The notes: generated by a model not told the origin, from the sequence alone. A DNA stretch of 64,000 nt from Eledone cirrhosa (GCA_964016885.1 OZ024747.1:93186001-93250000); one strand, 5' to 3'. Numbered from the stretch's first letter, positions 41,745 to 56,566 are shown. A program made the numbers and translations.

Positions 41745-42408
41745 ATGATGATGATAATGATGATAATGATGATAATGACAATAATGATGATGACGATGAT
41801 AATGATGATAATGATGATGACGATGATAATGACGGCAATGATGATAATGACAATAATGATGATGACGATAATTATGATGACGATAATTATGATGATGATA
41901 ATTATGATGACGATGATGATGACGGCAATGATGATAATGGCAATAATGATGATGATGATAATGACGACGATGACAATGATGATGATGATGACGGCAATGA
42001 TGATAATGACGGCAATGATGATAATGACAGTGATGATGACGATAATGACGGCGATGATAACGACGGCGATGATGATAACGACGGTGATGATGATAACGAC
42101 GGTGATGATGATAACGACGGTGATGATGATAACGACGGTGATGATGATAACGACGGTGATGATAACGACGGTGATGATGATAACGACGGTGATGATAATG
42201 ACAACAATGATGATAATGACGGCGATGATAATGACAACAATGATGATAATGACGGCGATGATGATAACGACGGCAATGATGATAATAACGACGGCAATGA
42301 TGATAATGACGGCGGCAATGATGATAATGACGGCGGCAATGATGATAATGACGGCGGCAATGATGATAATGACGGCGGCAATGATGATAATGACGGCAAT
42401 GATGATAA
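41745..42408. repeat. Compound (ATG/ATA/ACG/GCA) trinucleotide microsatellite; continues at 42595-42722
   Basis: GATGATAATGACGGC-type higher-order units; source of the poly-I/M/S ORFs. Confidence 0.95.
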
Positions 42409-42595
42409 TTGTTTCTACTTTTGGCACAAAGACAGCAATTACCCAGTACATTACTGGTACTTTATTTTATCGACCTGGTAAGGATGAAAGGCAAAGTTAA
42501 CCTCGGCGGGATTTGAACTCAGACCGTAAAGGGACGTAACTATGCTGGAAAGCATGGCGTCTGACCCTCTACCTATACTGCCAATTGACCGCCCT
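42405..42595 (-). mobile_element. Family-2 SINE, full length
   Basis: Reverse complement of the 56380/35781 copies. Confidence 0.85.
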
Positions 42596-45500
42596 TGATG
42601 ATGATAATGACGGTGATGATGATAATGACGGTGATGATGATAATGACGGCAGCAATGATGATAATGACGGCGGCAATGATGATAATGACGGCGGCAATGA
42701 TGATAATGACGGCGATGATGACTTACAATCTAAAAATAATTTTGGAGGCATACTTGAGTGATAAAGTTGCTACACTACCAGAGCAGTTTCAACACAGTTA
42801 TCTAACTTATTTTACTCCCAAAGCTTGAATCAATTCTGTTGAAAGGGGCTCAAGATACCATGCAGTATGACTGAGTCCAGAACTTGTAAGAGAACCACTT
42901 TATACACCTTAACCACCCATACACCTTAACAAATAATTGTTTTAAATGGTTTTCAGATTATTCATTCAGCATCAGTTACTCCCTTCTTTAGTTTGCTTAA
43001 TTAAATGGTTTGTAATTAAGCATTAATTAACTACAATGTTAATGGCAACAATACTATTCAGAGAATGGCATTAGAACATTCTAGCATAAATGAACTATGT
43101 TAAGTTTATTGAAGAGATGGAGAATTTCTACCCAATAATAATTGTTTCTACTTTAGGCACAAGGCAAACAATTTGAAGGGGAGGGGAAAGTCGATTAAAT
43201 TGACCTAGTGCATTACTGGTACTTTATTTTATCAACCCCCGTAAAGATGAAAGGCAAAGCTAACCTCGGCGGGATTTGAATTCAGAATGTAAAGAGCCGT
43301 AACTCTATGCCACAAAGCATGGTGTCTGACGCTCTACCGAGACTGCCAATCCTCTGCCCTCCTCCCAATAATAATAATAATAATAATTGTTTCTACTTTA
43401 GGTACAAGGCCAACAAAATATATGGATTTAAGACCAGCTGTATACTGCCATTGAACAACTTTATCTTGTCACTATTTGTGAAAGAGCTAACCAGACCAGG
43501 GGTAAAAAAGACAAAGAGTATCTTTAGAAAAGGGGTTCCCCAAAAATATAGATAGAAAAGTTTAGATATTTGAAAATTAAACCAGCAACATGTGTGTATG
43601 TGGTCTAAGAAGGCAAAGAAATAGATGAAACTATTGATGAATTAGAAATTGGTAGGTTAATTTTTAAAATGTAGATTTCTATTTAAAGATTATATACAAT
43701 GTTATTGATGGAATATATCATGTAAATATAGTTTAATAGAAAAAAAAGAAAAAGAAAATTTAGATTGAGAAGAATAGAATGTAAAATAGGAAGATATAAA
43801 GGAGAAAAAGAAAAACCAGAAAGGGGAGGGAATGGTAAGGACTGGTGCCATAGAAGAATGGGGAGGGGGTGGTGATTAATCTCTGGGCCTAGGGCACGGC
43901 TGTAGAGGAGCTGTGCCCCACAGACAAGACCACAAAAGCGTCCCCTGTATTTCCATTCTGTAAATCAGAGTATTATGTGAAATACAAATTTCTTTTGACT
44001 AGAACTATAATAATCCCAAAGAATATTTATGGAGTGGAGTTTTGCAATTCTATTTAGATGTATGAAAACTATTTACATATATGGTGTAAGGCCTACTTTA
44101 AACTGCAATGCAAGTTAGAGGAAATCAGAAGCCCATTGTTCATTATGAAACTTTGGTGCATTTATTTTTGTAGAAGTAAGAGGACTAAGAAACTATTGCT
44201 TAGAAAGTGAATAAGTTAAATGAGCTGACTGTTTTCAATGATAGATGGTAAAAACTGTCAAAGATAAAATTACAAGCTGGAATAACAAATGTTGAAGATA
44301 AAATTAGTTTTTAATAATTATTATATTATGATTCTACATTCTTTTAATAATTAATGTATCATGTGATGGGCAAGTAATTTTCTTTAAGTCAGATCTTGGG
44401 CAGTAATATTATTTATTGAATAAAGTCTTTGCTATACAGAACACATTTTTTACAGCAGTTTATTAAACAAATTAATATAGACAAAGTTTTACATCCTAAA
44501 TAACTCATAACTCCTCAATAGAGGTGTATATGAAAGCATATATGTTTATGTACAATAAACATATCTTGCTGTGGATGTTTTTAGCTGTGATCATGTCACA
44601 ACTATCTGAGTAGTCGTATGAGAATGCTGGATGCTAGTGATTCAGGAATTTTACCCATCAGTGAATGTTTATTCACTTGGTACTAAGACAAGAACAAGCT
44701 ATAGCTTATATACTTTTTGCATACAGAACATCAGCTGGAGAGGTTTATTTGCATATAGTGTGAGCTCGACTAGCTAGAATTAGTGATAGCACTAACAGTG
44801 TGATTCATAATAGAGATATAGATGAAAGCATACCAAGTGAATGTCGGTGATGATAGATAAAAATCCTGAAACACTCCTGTCTGGTATTCAGAAGATGATT
44901 AATAGAAGTTTTACTTGCCTCAACATTCAAAGAGTTACAGTGTTCACTAATTTTACTCTACACACAAAACATATTGCTATAGCTACTAAATTGCATACTG
45001 TAGTTGATTATAAATCTATAAGACAAAAAACAAGCTACATACAACCAGGTTACTGACAATGGAGGGCTCGATGGTAGTAACAAAAAACAAAAATGGTACT
45101 CTTTGATTTCTCAAATATCAGATTATGAGGACTCTTCAGTTGTGTCAAATGCATGGCCTCTCTAGTGTTGATGCCACAATAAAACACACCCAGTACACTC
45201 TGTAAAGTAGTTGGTGATAGGAAGGGTAACCCACCATAGAAAACTTGTCAAACAAAGAATCAAGAGGACTCTTCAGTTGTGTGAAAGACATGACAACCTC
45301 CCTAGTACTGTTGCCACAATAAAACATAGCCAGTACACACTATAGAATGTGGGAAGGTATGTAAGCATGATGCAGCCAATGACCTATCTGAGAGGTCAGT
45401 GGCTCCAATTAAATACTGATTTGATTTGTGATGACCTGTCCAACCCTTGCTGAAGACCACACAAAAAAAACCTGATACCAAGCAGTTGCTTTCTCTTAAA

Positions 45501-45926
45501 TACAATCATGTTCCTACTTATTAAAAGAGGAACCTGTGGCACATTTTACTAATAAAGTAAGTATTGAAATGCACCACTTCCACTGTTCCTCAAAACAGCT
45601 GTTACTGCTTTCAAAAATATTAAAACATGCACTCCTGTTGTTGGCAACACAATCCCATTTTGATGAACTTCATTGTTCAAAGAGAACTTCAAACCTTAAT
45701 ATATAACTTGATATCATGTCAAACTGTATAAACAAACATAATTTTAAATTGGAGTTATATTATTGTTGTTGATTTTTGCTGATTTTATAATCCCAGTTTA
45801 AAATTTTTTTTTTCTTTTTTAAGGAAATGTATATGTGATTCTATGTCTCTTTCATAACTGATCTATCATGTGATTGGTGAATACTATCCCTTATATCAGA
45901 TGCTGTGTTGTGGCAATATTCATTAA

Positions 45927-46144
45927 CCCTTTAGCATTTATATTACTCTATAGTTACTATTGTATTTTTGTGGCAAAGGCTTTACCTTACATAATTATCT
46001 CACATAATATCGAATCTACGAGATTTTGATATTTATTTTGAGAACAATACCTTAATGTCAGTATGTGTGGCTGGTTACAGACAGTTTGAACAGAAAGAGG
46101 TGAGAGAATTCTGGCTAGATACAGCCGGTTTAAATGCTAAAGGG
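45927..46144 (+). mobile_element. piggyBac-type MITE family A
   Basis: TTAA|CCCTTTAGCATTTA...TAAATGCTAAAGGG|TTAA, both TSDs intact. Confidence 0.9.
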
Positions 46145-47773
46145 TTAAATAAAATCTTTAGCATTTCATTTTAGTCTTTTGATGTTATTTCTTATTGGCA
46201 GTATCGGTAGAGGGTCGGACGCCATGCTTTCCAGCATAGTTACGTCCCTTTACGATCTGAGTTCAAATCCCGCCGAGGTTGACGGGGTCGATAAAATAAA
46301 GTACCAGTAATGCACTGGGTAATTGCTGGCCTTGTGCCAAAAGTAGAAACAATTATTAACAACAGACTGATTCCCTCTACTTATCAAGTTTATATTCTGC
46401 TGGGATTTACTTTGTTTTGTTGTTTTTCATCTCTTTAGAGTCAATACAAATAGCAGTAATATCTTAAGATCATTTCCATCACTTTTATTCCTCTCCTTAG
46501 TCTTAGTCAAAAGAAAGGGGCCATTAAAAGTAATTAATCATTGCAGTATTTAGTTAAGCCCCTCTATGTTCTGATGCATTCTCACCGAGGTCAACTTTGC
46601 CTTCCATCCTTCATAAAATAACAATTAACTGCCGGAAGAGTTTCACTGGAACTAAAAACACTTTTATCAGAGGTATGGAACCATCATTTGGTTAGAAGCT
46701 CTGAAGCTTCATAGAATCATGAAATGAACCATCATTGTTATTACTATTGTGAGAGACAATATGACAGTAAATTATTGGTAAAAACCTGGTGCACATTTCA
46801 CTTTTGATGATGTACTTATGTTAGTAATTGCCTTGGAAAGGGTATATAGATTGTAAATACTTAAGTTCCAATCATCAACATCATCATCATCTTATGCTTG
46901 TTTACCAAGCTAGCATGAGTTGGATAGGCTGTTACAGACCAAGTCAGTACTTCATTCTAATTTTAGCAAGGTTTCTATAGCTGGATGCCATTCCTAAAGC
47001 CTTACAGAAAGTACTGAGTGCCTTTTATTGTGTCATAAAAACAAACAGCGTTTCCTAAATCCATTCTAGCTTGGTTTGATGTAAAAAAATAAATAAATAA
47101 ACAGAGGGCCAAATTTAAAAAATATATATTTACAGGGCCAACAAATGGTGCAGACAGAAAACTGTTAGGTGTATAATGAATCAGGCAACTAACTATAACT
47201 GCTATAAACAGTGGATGTATTTTGTCAGGATTATTGAAATATTTGAAAAAGGGGGGCAAATTGACTGATTTAAATAAGAACATCAGAAGAACAACTTTTT
47301 GTTCCAATAACTGTCATTACTATATCCTGTGGTTTCTGTCCACCTCACCCCACACCAACTAACACAAAAAAAACTATTCAAGCTTTATTTGAACCAAATT
47401 AAACTCACTTATATCACAGCCTACACAGTTCAAATTAACTCCACCCCATCAGGAACATAGTTTTAAAAGATGAAGAAAAAACTGTACAAAAAATGCAATT
47501 AATGCAACCTGTATAAATGAACTATACACAAAAGTATTACAATTAATTATAGTAAATTAGCCAGATCAATCAACTTTATTTCCGGTAAGATATTGACTAT
47601 ACTAGATCCGGAAAAAAAAAAATTCACATTAAATTGAAACATTTATTTAGAAACATATAACTAAGTAACAATGGTACAAACAAAACAAATTCTAAAGCCA
47701 TTTTGTTATATTGAGAATAGATGTTAGATCTTTGGGAGAACAGGTTTATATATGTGTGTGTTTCTGTGTGTAA

Positions 47774-47816
<43 letters not shown>

Positions 47817-48338
47817 TGGAAAACGATACTGATCTAATAAAGGAAAAAACCAAATCCAGTATCAACTAAGCTACCATAAATTAAAATAAAATAAATTAAG
47901 AACCAAATACACAGCAAGACACCACACAAAGGTTTTATATATTAAATATATATAGAGAGAGGGAGGGGGGGCCTACACACACATGTAGTGTTTCTACGTT
48001 TTGTTAATAGTTGATGTATCATGTGATGCGTGAGTTGACGTTCTTAAGATGGCTGCCGAGTTCTAAGATTATTTGTTGAATAAAGTATTTAGTAGTATAT
48101 GGATCTCTTAATGTTACTTCTTCCGACACTTTATTCAACGAAAGTATTCTATGTCCCAAAAGATTCAAACAATTGCTTCTAAACTGGTATCTGCCTCTTT
48201 GGAATTCAAACACTGAACATTATCTTACCAATATTCTAGATTTCAACAGACTATGTGCCTTTACCAACTTCATATTTCATGAATTATTCAAATTTATCTC
48301 AAACTCTTGCATTTACAAGGATGTTATAATTTGCTTAA

Positions 48339-48511
48339 CCCTATAGCATTTATACTGGCTGTATCCAGCCAGAATTCTCTCACTTCTGGCTGCTCATACT
48401 TATGTTAAGGTATTGTTCTAAAAATAAATAATATCAAAATCTCATAGATTCGATATTATGTGAGACAATTACAAGATAAATTGTTTACCGTGAAAATATA
48501 ATAGTAAATAT
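48339..48511 (-). mobile_element. piggyBac-type MITE family A (reverse, truncated)
   Basis: TTAA|CCCTATAGCATTTA plus shared internal sequence; an orphan end lies at ~48620. Confidence 0.75.
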
Positions 48512-49491
48512 TAAATCAGATTTTTGTAACTGACAGAATCCCTGAATCAATTCCTTCGAGCTTTAAAACTCCAGAATAAAGAATCTAACTAAAAGGCACT
48601 GTTGTTGGAGTAGTTTTTAACCCTTTAGCATTTAAACCAGCCATATCCGGTCAAAATTGGCTATGCTGTACCTTGCTCCGACAGGACTGTAAATTTGGCC
48701 AGGGATTTTACAGCTGGATGCCATTTCTAACACCAACCACATTTGTGATTAACAATCAATCAGTACACAGATTAACTGACAGAGGAAACAGCAGCAACTT
48801 TATCAAAACTGATATTGCCAAGTAAAATGGTTTAGTCAATAAACCATTTCAGAGGCAATGTTATGATGGCATCAACACAGTTCCTGAATTACAGAAATAT
48901 GTGACATAGACATTTGATATGCTGGAATTTCTACAAACAACAGTCACTGTTAGTTATACGCAATATCTACACAGAGGTTATACTTTGACTTAGTTTCATG
49001 TCATGACATTCTTCAGTGCTATGTCAAATTTTACTTGCCTCAAAATTCAAACTGCTACATCTTTCACTAATTCTACCTCAAACTTAAAACCAATTATTAC
49101 GACACCTACTTGAAGGTATTCTATAGACAATTGTAAAGTCATCAGACAAGACATTATCTAATCAAAGAAATCATCACAGAACTCAACATAGTGAGGTCAG
49201 TTTGTAGTTACAATAAAACAATCAAATAAGAATTACAAGCGACATCTTGTCATTAACTTCACAACTACTATCAATACTTATATTCTTCATCATTGTCATT
49301 GATGAGTTAAAACATACCCCGCCTCCCCTTTTTTGTTGTTGTTATTGGGTCGATAATACCAATAATACATCGGGATAATTGCTGGCCTTGTGCCAAATAT
49401 AGAAACAATTATTGTATTGACTCTGTTGTCAGCAGAGTTACAGTATCATACAGCAAACGATGCTGCAACACAGTGTCTGGCTAAAGTAAGA

Positions 49492-49657
49492 GACCAGGTA
49501 GGCAACCTTTGTTTGAGCAATGGGCCGCATAAGATGTGGCTCTTCATAAGGCAGGCCACACTACTAAAAGATTCAAGGTAATTTTGAAATTAGGTGTGAC
49601 ATTCAGCAAGCCAAACAGGCTGTATGTGGCTCGAGGGCCTCAGTATGGCCATCACTA
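49492..49657. mobile_element. Possible hAT-type MITE remnant
   Basis: CAGGTAGGCAACCTTT...GGGCCGCAT...GGCTCGAGGGCCTCAGTATGGCCATCACT resembles hAT ends; TIRs degenerate. Confidence 0.4.
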
Positions 49658-50072
49658 TAATAGAGATCTCACCAATCACATGATACAGCAACTATTAAAG
49701 GAATGCGGAATCATTATGATGATGATATATAATACAGTACATTACACAGCATTTCTTGATAATTTGAAATGTACAGTAGATTTTGGGGGGTATTTTTAAT
49801 AAATAAGCTATATATCTTAACCTCAACATGAAATATACCACAGGTTTTATCTCTCCAAGTTTGTAAACACTAAACAGCTATATAATCTCACAGTAGACAG
49901 AATATGGGTATTCTTTCTCAGGTGAAAATTTAACATGACTAGCAACTAGTTAGATCAATCTCATTTTTTTTCTACTCATGAAAAGATAAAATGTGGTGTA
50001 ACCACTTTGTTTACATTTCATGTGGAGGCTAAAATTATGTTTATCAAAAAAGATATACTTTACATTTATATA

Positions 50073-51369
50073 CAGGGTGAGGACGATATTTGTTCGCAAT
50101 TTTCAACTGCTAATTTTATGCAAATTTTTTTTCTTCTGTTGTCACTCTTCTCTTCATAAAAACAGTGACTATATTTCCATTATTTATTTTCAGAATAATT
50201 GATTATGAATAATTTTGAACCTCCAAATTTGTGGAAGAAATACGGAGTTCTTCTTGGAATCCGCGCCGGGAGGACAAATAAGGAAATTTCAGACTTTCTC
50301 AGCGTCAGCAGGAGAATGGTGGAAACGGTCAGAAAGGAATTGGAAGATTCAGGATTCGACTACGAAGCAACATCAGAGAGGAAAACACATGATCGACGAT
50401 CTGACGCCTTCAGAACGCCCGAGTTCGTCGCTGAAGTTCAGGATATCATCAACAATGAACCTAGCAAGTCGATGCGTGCCATTGCAAGGGAGAAAGGCAT
50501 GGATGAAAAGCTCATTAGGCTGGTGGTACATGAAGACATTCGCTACGTTTCATACAAGATGAGGAAAGGACAATTTCTGTCAAAGGCGATGCAAGAAAAG
50601 CGACTGAAGCACACAAAGAAGCTGATCAACAAGTTGAAACACCCACTGGAGCCCAGACATGCTGTGGTTTTTCTCCCACGAGAAAAACTTTTGCCAAGAC
50701 CAGAAGATCAACTCCCAGAACAACAGGTGGCTCGCTGTCTCATCCAAAGACGTGCCCAGAGTCATGCAGACAAAGTTTCTAGCGACAACATTGGTCTTAA
50801 GTGTCGTCAGCAGTCAAGGTGACGTCATGCCACCTCACCTCTTCCCTGAGGGCCTCAAGCTGAACACCGATGGCTACATTTGCGTTCCGAGCGAGGTAGT
50901 AAAGCCCTGGATCGACCAGGTAGCTGCCGGTAGGCCGTACATGTGGCAGCAAGACTCAGCGCCCTGCCATATCAGCTGAAAGACCCAAGCCTAGCTGTCA
51001 GAGAACTCCATCGACCACACTTGACCTGACATCTGGCCTCCCAGCTCGCCTGACTGCAACACCTTCGACTTCTTTGTGTGGGGCACAGTGGAACGAGACA
51101 CCAATAGATCTAGCTGCAATATGAAAGACGATCTGAAGGCCAGGATCACAAGTGCTTTTAGGGGCCTAAGTCGGGGGACGGTGACGAAGGCCTGTAGCCG
51201 GTTCCGAGGCCGCCTTGAGGCCGTCATCAAAGCCAATGGCGGGTTTATAGAGTGAGATCGAAAGAAGTCATGAAGACAAACTGACCCAAGTTTGATAAAT
51301 ATATCTTAAAAATAAAACTAGTCTTATTTTTTCCTAGACTTCTTGCGAACAAATATCGTCCGCACCCTG
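50073..51369 (+). mobile_element. Full-length Tc1/mariner-superfamily DNA transposon, DD37D (maT) family, decayed
   Basis: 27-bp TIRs CAGGGTG(A/C)GGACGATATTTGTTCGCAA at 50073-50099 and 51343-51369 (1 mismatch), TA on both flanks, 1297 bp. Confidence 0.95.
50205..51255 (+). pseudogene. DD37D/maT transposase pseudogene
   Basis: HTH-like N-terminus, WFFS(H)EKNF with the first D mutated to H, WQQDSAPCH, WPPSSPDCNTFDFFVWG; 37 positions between the 2nd and 3rd D; frameshift near 50650 and three in-frame stops after 50976. Confidence 0.92.
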
Positions 51370-54061
51370 TATATATATTCCATTTGAGTTTTCATAGAAT
51401 ACCATATGAGGAGTCGTCCGACTTAAGAGTCATATCTGGGTATGTTGTAAGAAGACAACACACACACACACTCTCTCTCTCTCTCTCTGAAGAGAGGTAG
51501 ATAAATGGAATTCCTAGGAATATTACAAAATACACTCTCAATATTGTTGCCTATAATTTTTGTTTCTAAATGTTAAAGCAAGGGAGAGAAAAAAATAAAG
51601 AAGGTTACATGCAAAAACATTATGGTGGCTATATAAATGACTAGATCGGAGTGGAGGACATTAGTGGTTTCGCAAGACTGGATTGAGCACCTACCAGAAT
51701 GTTGAAGTTTACACGAACAACAAGAAGTTGGGTTGTAACCCAGAAGCAACACAGCAGCAATCCCATGAAGAGTCTACTGAGTAGAAACCAGATGCACATG
51801 CCTGGAAGATCCAGGTAAACTATTGGCTGCAATGAAACAGTTAGCAGACCGTAGCTAACAAAGACAGCAGCAGAGACAAACAACAAGTTTTTTTTATACT
51901 TTTATTCATTTTTTTTTTTACTTTTATCGTTTAGTTTTTGGCCATATAAAGGAAACATGAACAAATATTAGTGTAATGAAATAATTCACAATATTTGATG
52001 GTATATTAGTAATGACCAGTCTAACATATATTGATAAACACTGCGTAATCATAAATGACTTAGATAAACAAATATTCACACCAGAATCACATCCTTTACA
52101 ACCAGCAGCAACAGCAGCAGCTATTCTATTACTAGATCAATATGAAACAGGAACAAAGCTACATAAAACATCTGAAGATTTTAACCAAGTCTGTCCTGCA
52201 TGGACACTTACTGGATATATTGATTCATGTCAGTTGACCTTACTCTCAATGACACAGATGTCATGCTCTGTGCTATAATAGTAAACTCATAGCCATAGAA
52301 CCTTAACTATTATAACTACTACTGTAATGATAATTACTAAAGATTAAGCTTTAAGATTCCTTTCAACTACAGCTCTGCTAATTACATTTATCAAGTTTAT
52401 TTGGGAGACAAACTTTGACAAAAGTAAAGAGCATATGATTCAATCCCAGTTTGAAGTATAAAAGAATATAGAGAATATAGAGGTTTGTATAAATCTAGGA
52501 GTATATTATAATTATTCTATTAATCCTAAGGATGGCACAAAAGGCAACCATCATGAATATTGGGCATCTATCAACTTTCCTATTATGACTGTTTTCTAAA
52601 CTAATTTCAATTGTTCAGATAACCACATATATAGACATTTACATAAGGCAACACTCCCCAACCTCCTACACAGAGCTAATGTCCTATTCCCATCTAATAT
52701 AATATACAAAGCCCAAAGCTCCAATGGCGTGCTAATGGCTTCTGAATGGAATACCTTCACTTTTCAGTGCCTGTCCCTAGGCTGATCATTAAAAACCACA
52801 AGTCAGTCAGTCATAAACATGTTCAACTATGAAACGCTTCATAGAAAATTAAAAGCCTGGGTGGATCACTGCCAGAAATGAAGTTTATTAATAAATAATA
52901 ATGATTTTTAACATTGGTACAAGGAGAAAATTTTGGCAAAGAATACAATCAATTAAATCAACACCAGAATTTGACTGGTACTTATCACCACCATCACCAG
53001 GAGGATGAAAGAGAATATTAATAAGATTATTAAAGATTTCTTTAACTTTGGCACAGGGCTAGACACTTGTAAGGGATAGGTACAGTCAATTGGATTGATG
53101 CCACAACATGACTAGTACTTATAAGCCCAGGAGTGATGACAGCTAAAAAGACTCCTAGCAAAATCAGAATACAATGAGAGAACGGCATTGTTAAGCACTT
53201 TATAATTTGTCACATCCCTACTTTTTTTACAACAATAACAACAATCATTTCTAACATTGGCTGCAAGCATTGGGTGAGAGAAGAGCTAGAGTTAAATGTA
53301 GTTCTTAATGAAAAGTACAAAATAGCACTATGACTACATCACTTTAAAAATTCAAGTCTTTAGTTTACAGCAAATGTTCACAATAATCTGTTCACAAACT
53401 CTATAAACATTTAGGATTAACATACCTGTTTTTAGACCTTTGCAGTTTTTAGTAAAGATGCAATAAACATTTGAATTAACAAACGTATTTTTAGATATTT
53501 TCTGCTAAATCCTTAATCAACTACACTACTTCACTCGTATTTCAATGACTTTGAAAGATTGAAAAATCAAGTTACCCTCGGAGATTTTTAACTGAAAATG
53601 AAAAGGTATGCACCTAAGTGCCACAAATCATGCATTTCCGATGCTCTAAGAATTTCATCAACTACAATAATAATAATAGTTCTATTATCCATAACAAATA
53701 TTTATTATTTTAATTAATAATTTTCCAAAAGTTATTAGTTTAGACAACTAAACTAACAACTTTGGTCCTTAGCACTGTGCCTCAGAGAGGAAAGAAGCTG
53801 TAACATTCATACTTTTAGCAAAGACATTAATATCATAAAGTAGCTGTTCTATGTATCAGATTTACACTAAAAATATAGAATTATAAGCTACAAATTAACA
53901 ATTAAAACACTAGTAAACAACATCATTATTGCTGTTGTTTTTAGGTTATTTTGGCACCAATTGGAACAGCCTGTCCCAGACATTTACTATGTGAAACTAC
54001 TTTGTACAGCACTAAATAATTAACAAACCAGTTCAGAAGAATTACTACTATTTTTTTTTAA

Positions 54062-54475
54062 ATGAGTCACACACAATCACACGTACAAACAATCAGACAC
54101 CATACACACACATCCACAATCACACACAACATACACACACACACAGACAGCATACGCATACATACAATCACGCCCCACCCATACACACACAATCACACCC
54201 ACATGATCACAGGCAGTATACAGACACGCACACACACACACACACACATGATGAGACAATACAGACACACGCACACATGATCACAGACACCATACATTTA
54301 CGTATGCACACAATCAGACAACATACACCACACCCATATTCACACAGACATACACACAATCACAGATACCATAAACATACATAAAATCAGACAGACAACA
54401 TGCCACACCCATACACACATACACAATCCCAGATAACACACACCACACACATATACACACCCTGACCTATACACC
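54062..54475. repeat. Degenerate (CA)-rich low-complexity tract; GT-rich counterpart at ~40370-40760
   Basis: Direct inspection. Confidence 0.8.
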
Positions 54476-55187
54476 AAAAACAATGAAATAATTCTGGCTA
54501 CAAAATATCTAATTCTTCTAAGTTAATTATACCAATAGGAACCACCTTAATTTAGTTACTCACTTCAGAAAAGCATGAACATCACAGCACACACTTCCCT
54601 ATAATTCTGAGGTTTCATTCTTTAATAAAATAGTCTAAAGATAAGTAACAGCCATTTCTAGCCTAAGTACAAGGCCCAAAATTTGAGGACAGAGTACAGT
54701 TGAATATATTGACCCCAGTACTTGATAGGTACTTTATTTCATTGACCCTGAAAGGATGAATGGCAAAATGAACTCAGGTGGAATTTGACCTCAGAGTACA
54801 AAGAGCCAGAACAAATACCACAAAACATTCTATCCAAAATTCTAATGACTCTGCCAATTCGCTGCCTGGAACTTATGTGACGAATGTGCAATGTGAACTT
54901 ACACAGCCAACTGAAAATAAACAGCATGACTCAAACCACATGAAACTGCCTCTAGTTCTACAATACAAAACTGTTTATTCTAAAGTGCTTATATTTACCT
55001 AAAAACTTTTCATAATTTTATCTAAGATCCTGGTTATATAAATAAATCTCGCAAAATTCTTGTTTATTTTCAAAATTATTTGAAAATCATGAGCCATGTT
55101 TTTCATTAAAAATATGGTAACGAAAGGCTTAAACTAGCTAGCGAATTAAAGAACACACAGCTATGTGAACATTCATAAATGACTTAA

Positions 55188-55395
55188 CCCTTTAGTATTC
55201 AAACCAGCCATATCCGACCAGAATTCTTTCACCTCTTTCTGTTTAAAACGGCAGTAACTGGCTGCTCATACTTATGTTAAGGTATTGTTCTCAAAATAAA
55301 TAATATCAAAATCTCATAGATTCGATATTATGTGAGACAAAGTGTTTACTGTGAAAATACAATAGTAAATATAGATTAATGTAAATGCTAAAGGA
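55188..55395 (-). mobile_element. piggyBac-type MITE family A (reverse copy)
   Basis: TTAA|CCCTTTAGTATT...TAAATGCTAAAGGA|TTAA. Confidence 0.85.
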
Positions 55396-56379
55396 TTAAA
55401 TCATATACTGAAAGAAACAACTGAGGAATTCTATCAATTCTTGCAGTGATAACAAGTGATTTTACTTCCAGTGTACTCCCGATACTTATTGTTAAGGACC
55501 CTCAGACATTTGAACCCAAACATCGACTTTCAAACCAGAAAACCTAAAGTATATCATCTAGTGCTCTATCATTCACATATGAAAATATCCTTGTATCTCA
55601 TATATACTGGCATGTAATAAATTAAAAAGTATTAAAATATGGAGAAATTAAAAAAAATACAGACGGAGGAAAAATAACAGTATATTATATACATACAACA
55701 GTATATAGTATATAATATTATTCAAGAATAAAAAATAAACAAAATTTATTAGTTCTAACCTGAAACTATAAAAACAGTTGACCAAAGTTAATTGGCTGTA
55801 CAGCTGTATATAATTGGAACAGTAAGAATGGAGTGCAGTAAGGTAAGGGATTAGAATCGGTTTAGAAAAAAAATGAGAACAGAAAAGCAATCTATGAAAA
55901 GGAAATAACACTTTTTTTTACAAATTATTAATCAACAATAAGACCTTTACTTTTCCTACTTTGTTAGTCTAAAAAGAAACAAGGCACGTGCCATGAGTTA
56001 TCGACACGGTACATTTGTTTCAACCCAGTTACAAGTCCCAATTAGAATATATTTTAATTCACATATGCTACAAATGCCCTACTCAATAGCATAACTATTA
56101 CCTTTTCCCTTCTACCCTCTCCTGAGATCATAGGTTTTGTGTATGAACATTTAATTGTTCATATATTTTCCAATATAAAATATAGTTGTTTAACTAGAGT
56201 TGAGACCTGATCCAACAGATCTTATATTAAAGATAATCCAAACAGCATCAGACCATCCCTATTTTTTTCTTCAGACAGTGTATCTAAGAATACTTTATCT
56301 AAATTATCCTGTTCATCTTTTATCTAACTTAACCATCTGTCTTTATTTTTTTAGGACTACATTATTTAACTGTGTAACT

Positions 56380-56566
56380 TGTGGATTGGCAGTATCGGTA
56401 GAGGGTCGGACGCCATGCTTTCCAGCATAGTTACGTCCCTTTACGATCTGAGTTCAAATCCCGCCGAGGTTGACTTTGCCTTTCATCCTTACGGGGTCGA
56501 TAAAATAAAGTACCAGTAATGCACTGGGTAATTGCTGGCCTTGTGCCTAAAGTAGAAACAATTATT
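56380..56566 (+). mobile_element. tRNA-derived SINE family 2 (Meta/MESC-like central domain); copies also at ~20330, 26549, 35781-35975, 46195-46357, 58430 (+) and 22310, 28655, 39240, 41565-41720, 42405-42595, 43137-43340, 54650 (-)
   Basis: TGGCAGTATCGGTAGA...GAGTTCAAATCCC (A/B boxes), GACTTTGCCTTTCATCCTTACGGGGTCGATAAAATAAAGTACCAG, tail GTAGAAAC(AAT/ATT)n. The domain name comes from remembered similarity only. Confidence 0.8.

Noticed and set aside
41489-42828. Poly-Ile/Met/Ser ORFs resembling membrane or mucin-like proteins
   Set aside because: Trinucleotide repeat translations running into SINE sequence
48019-48213. 64-aa minus-strand ORF in non-repetitive sequence
   Set aside because: No recognisable motif, no convincing splice sites, and not needed for the FMNL frame
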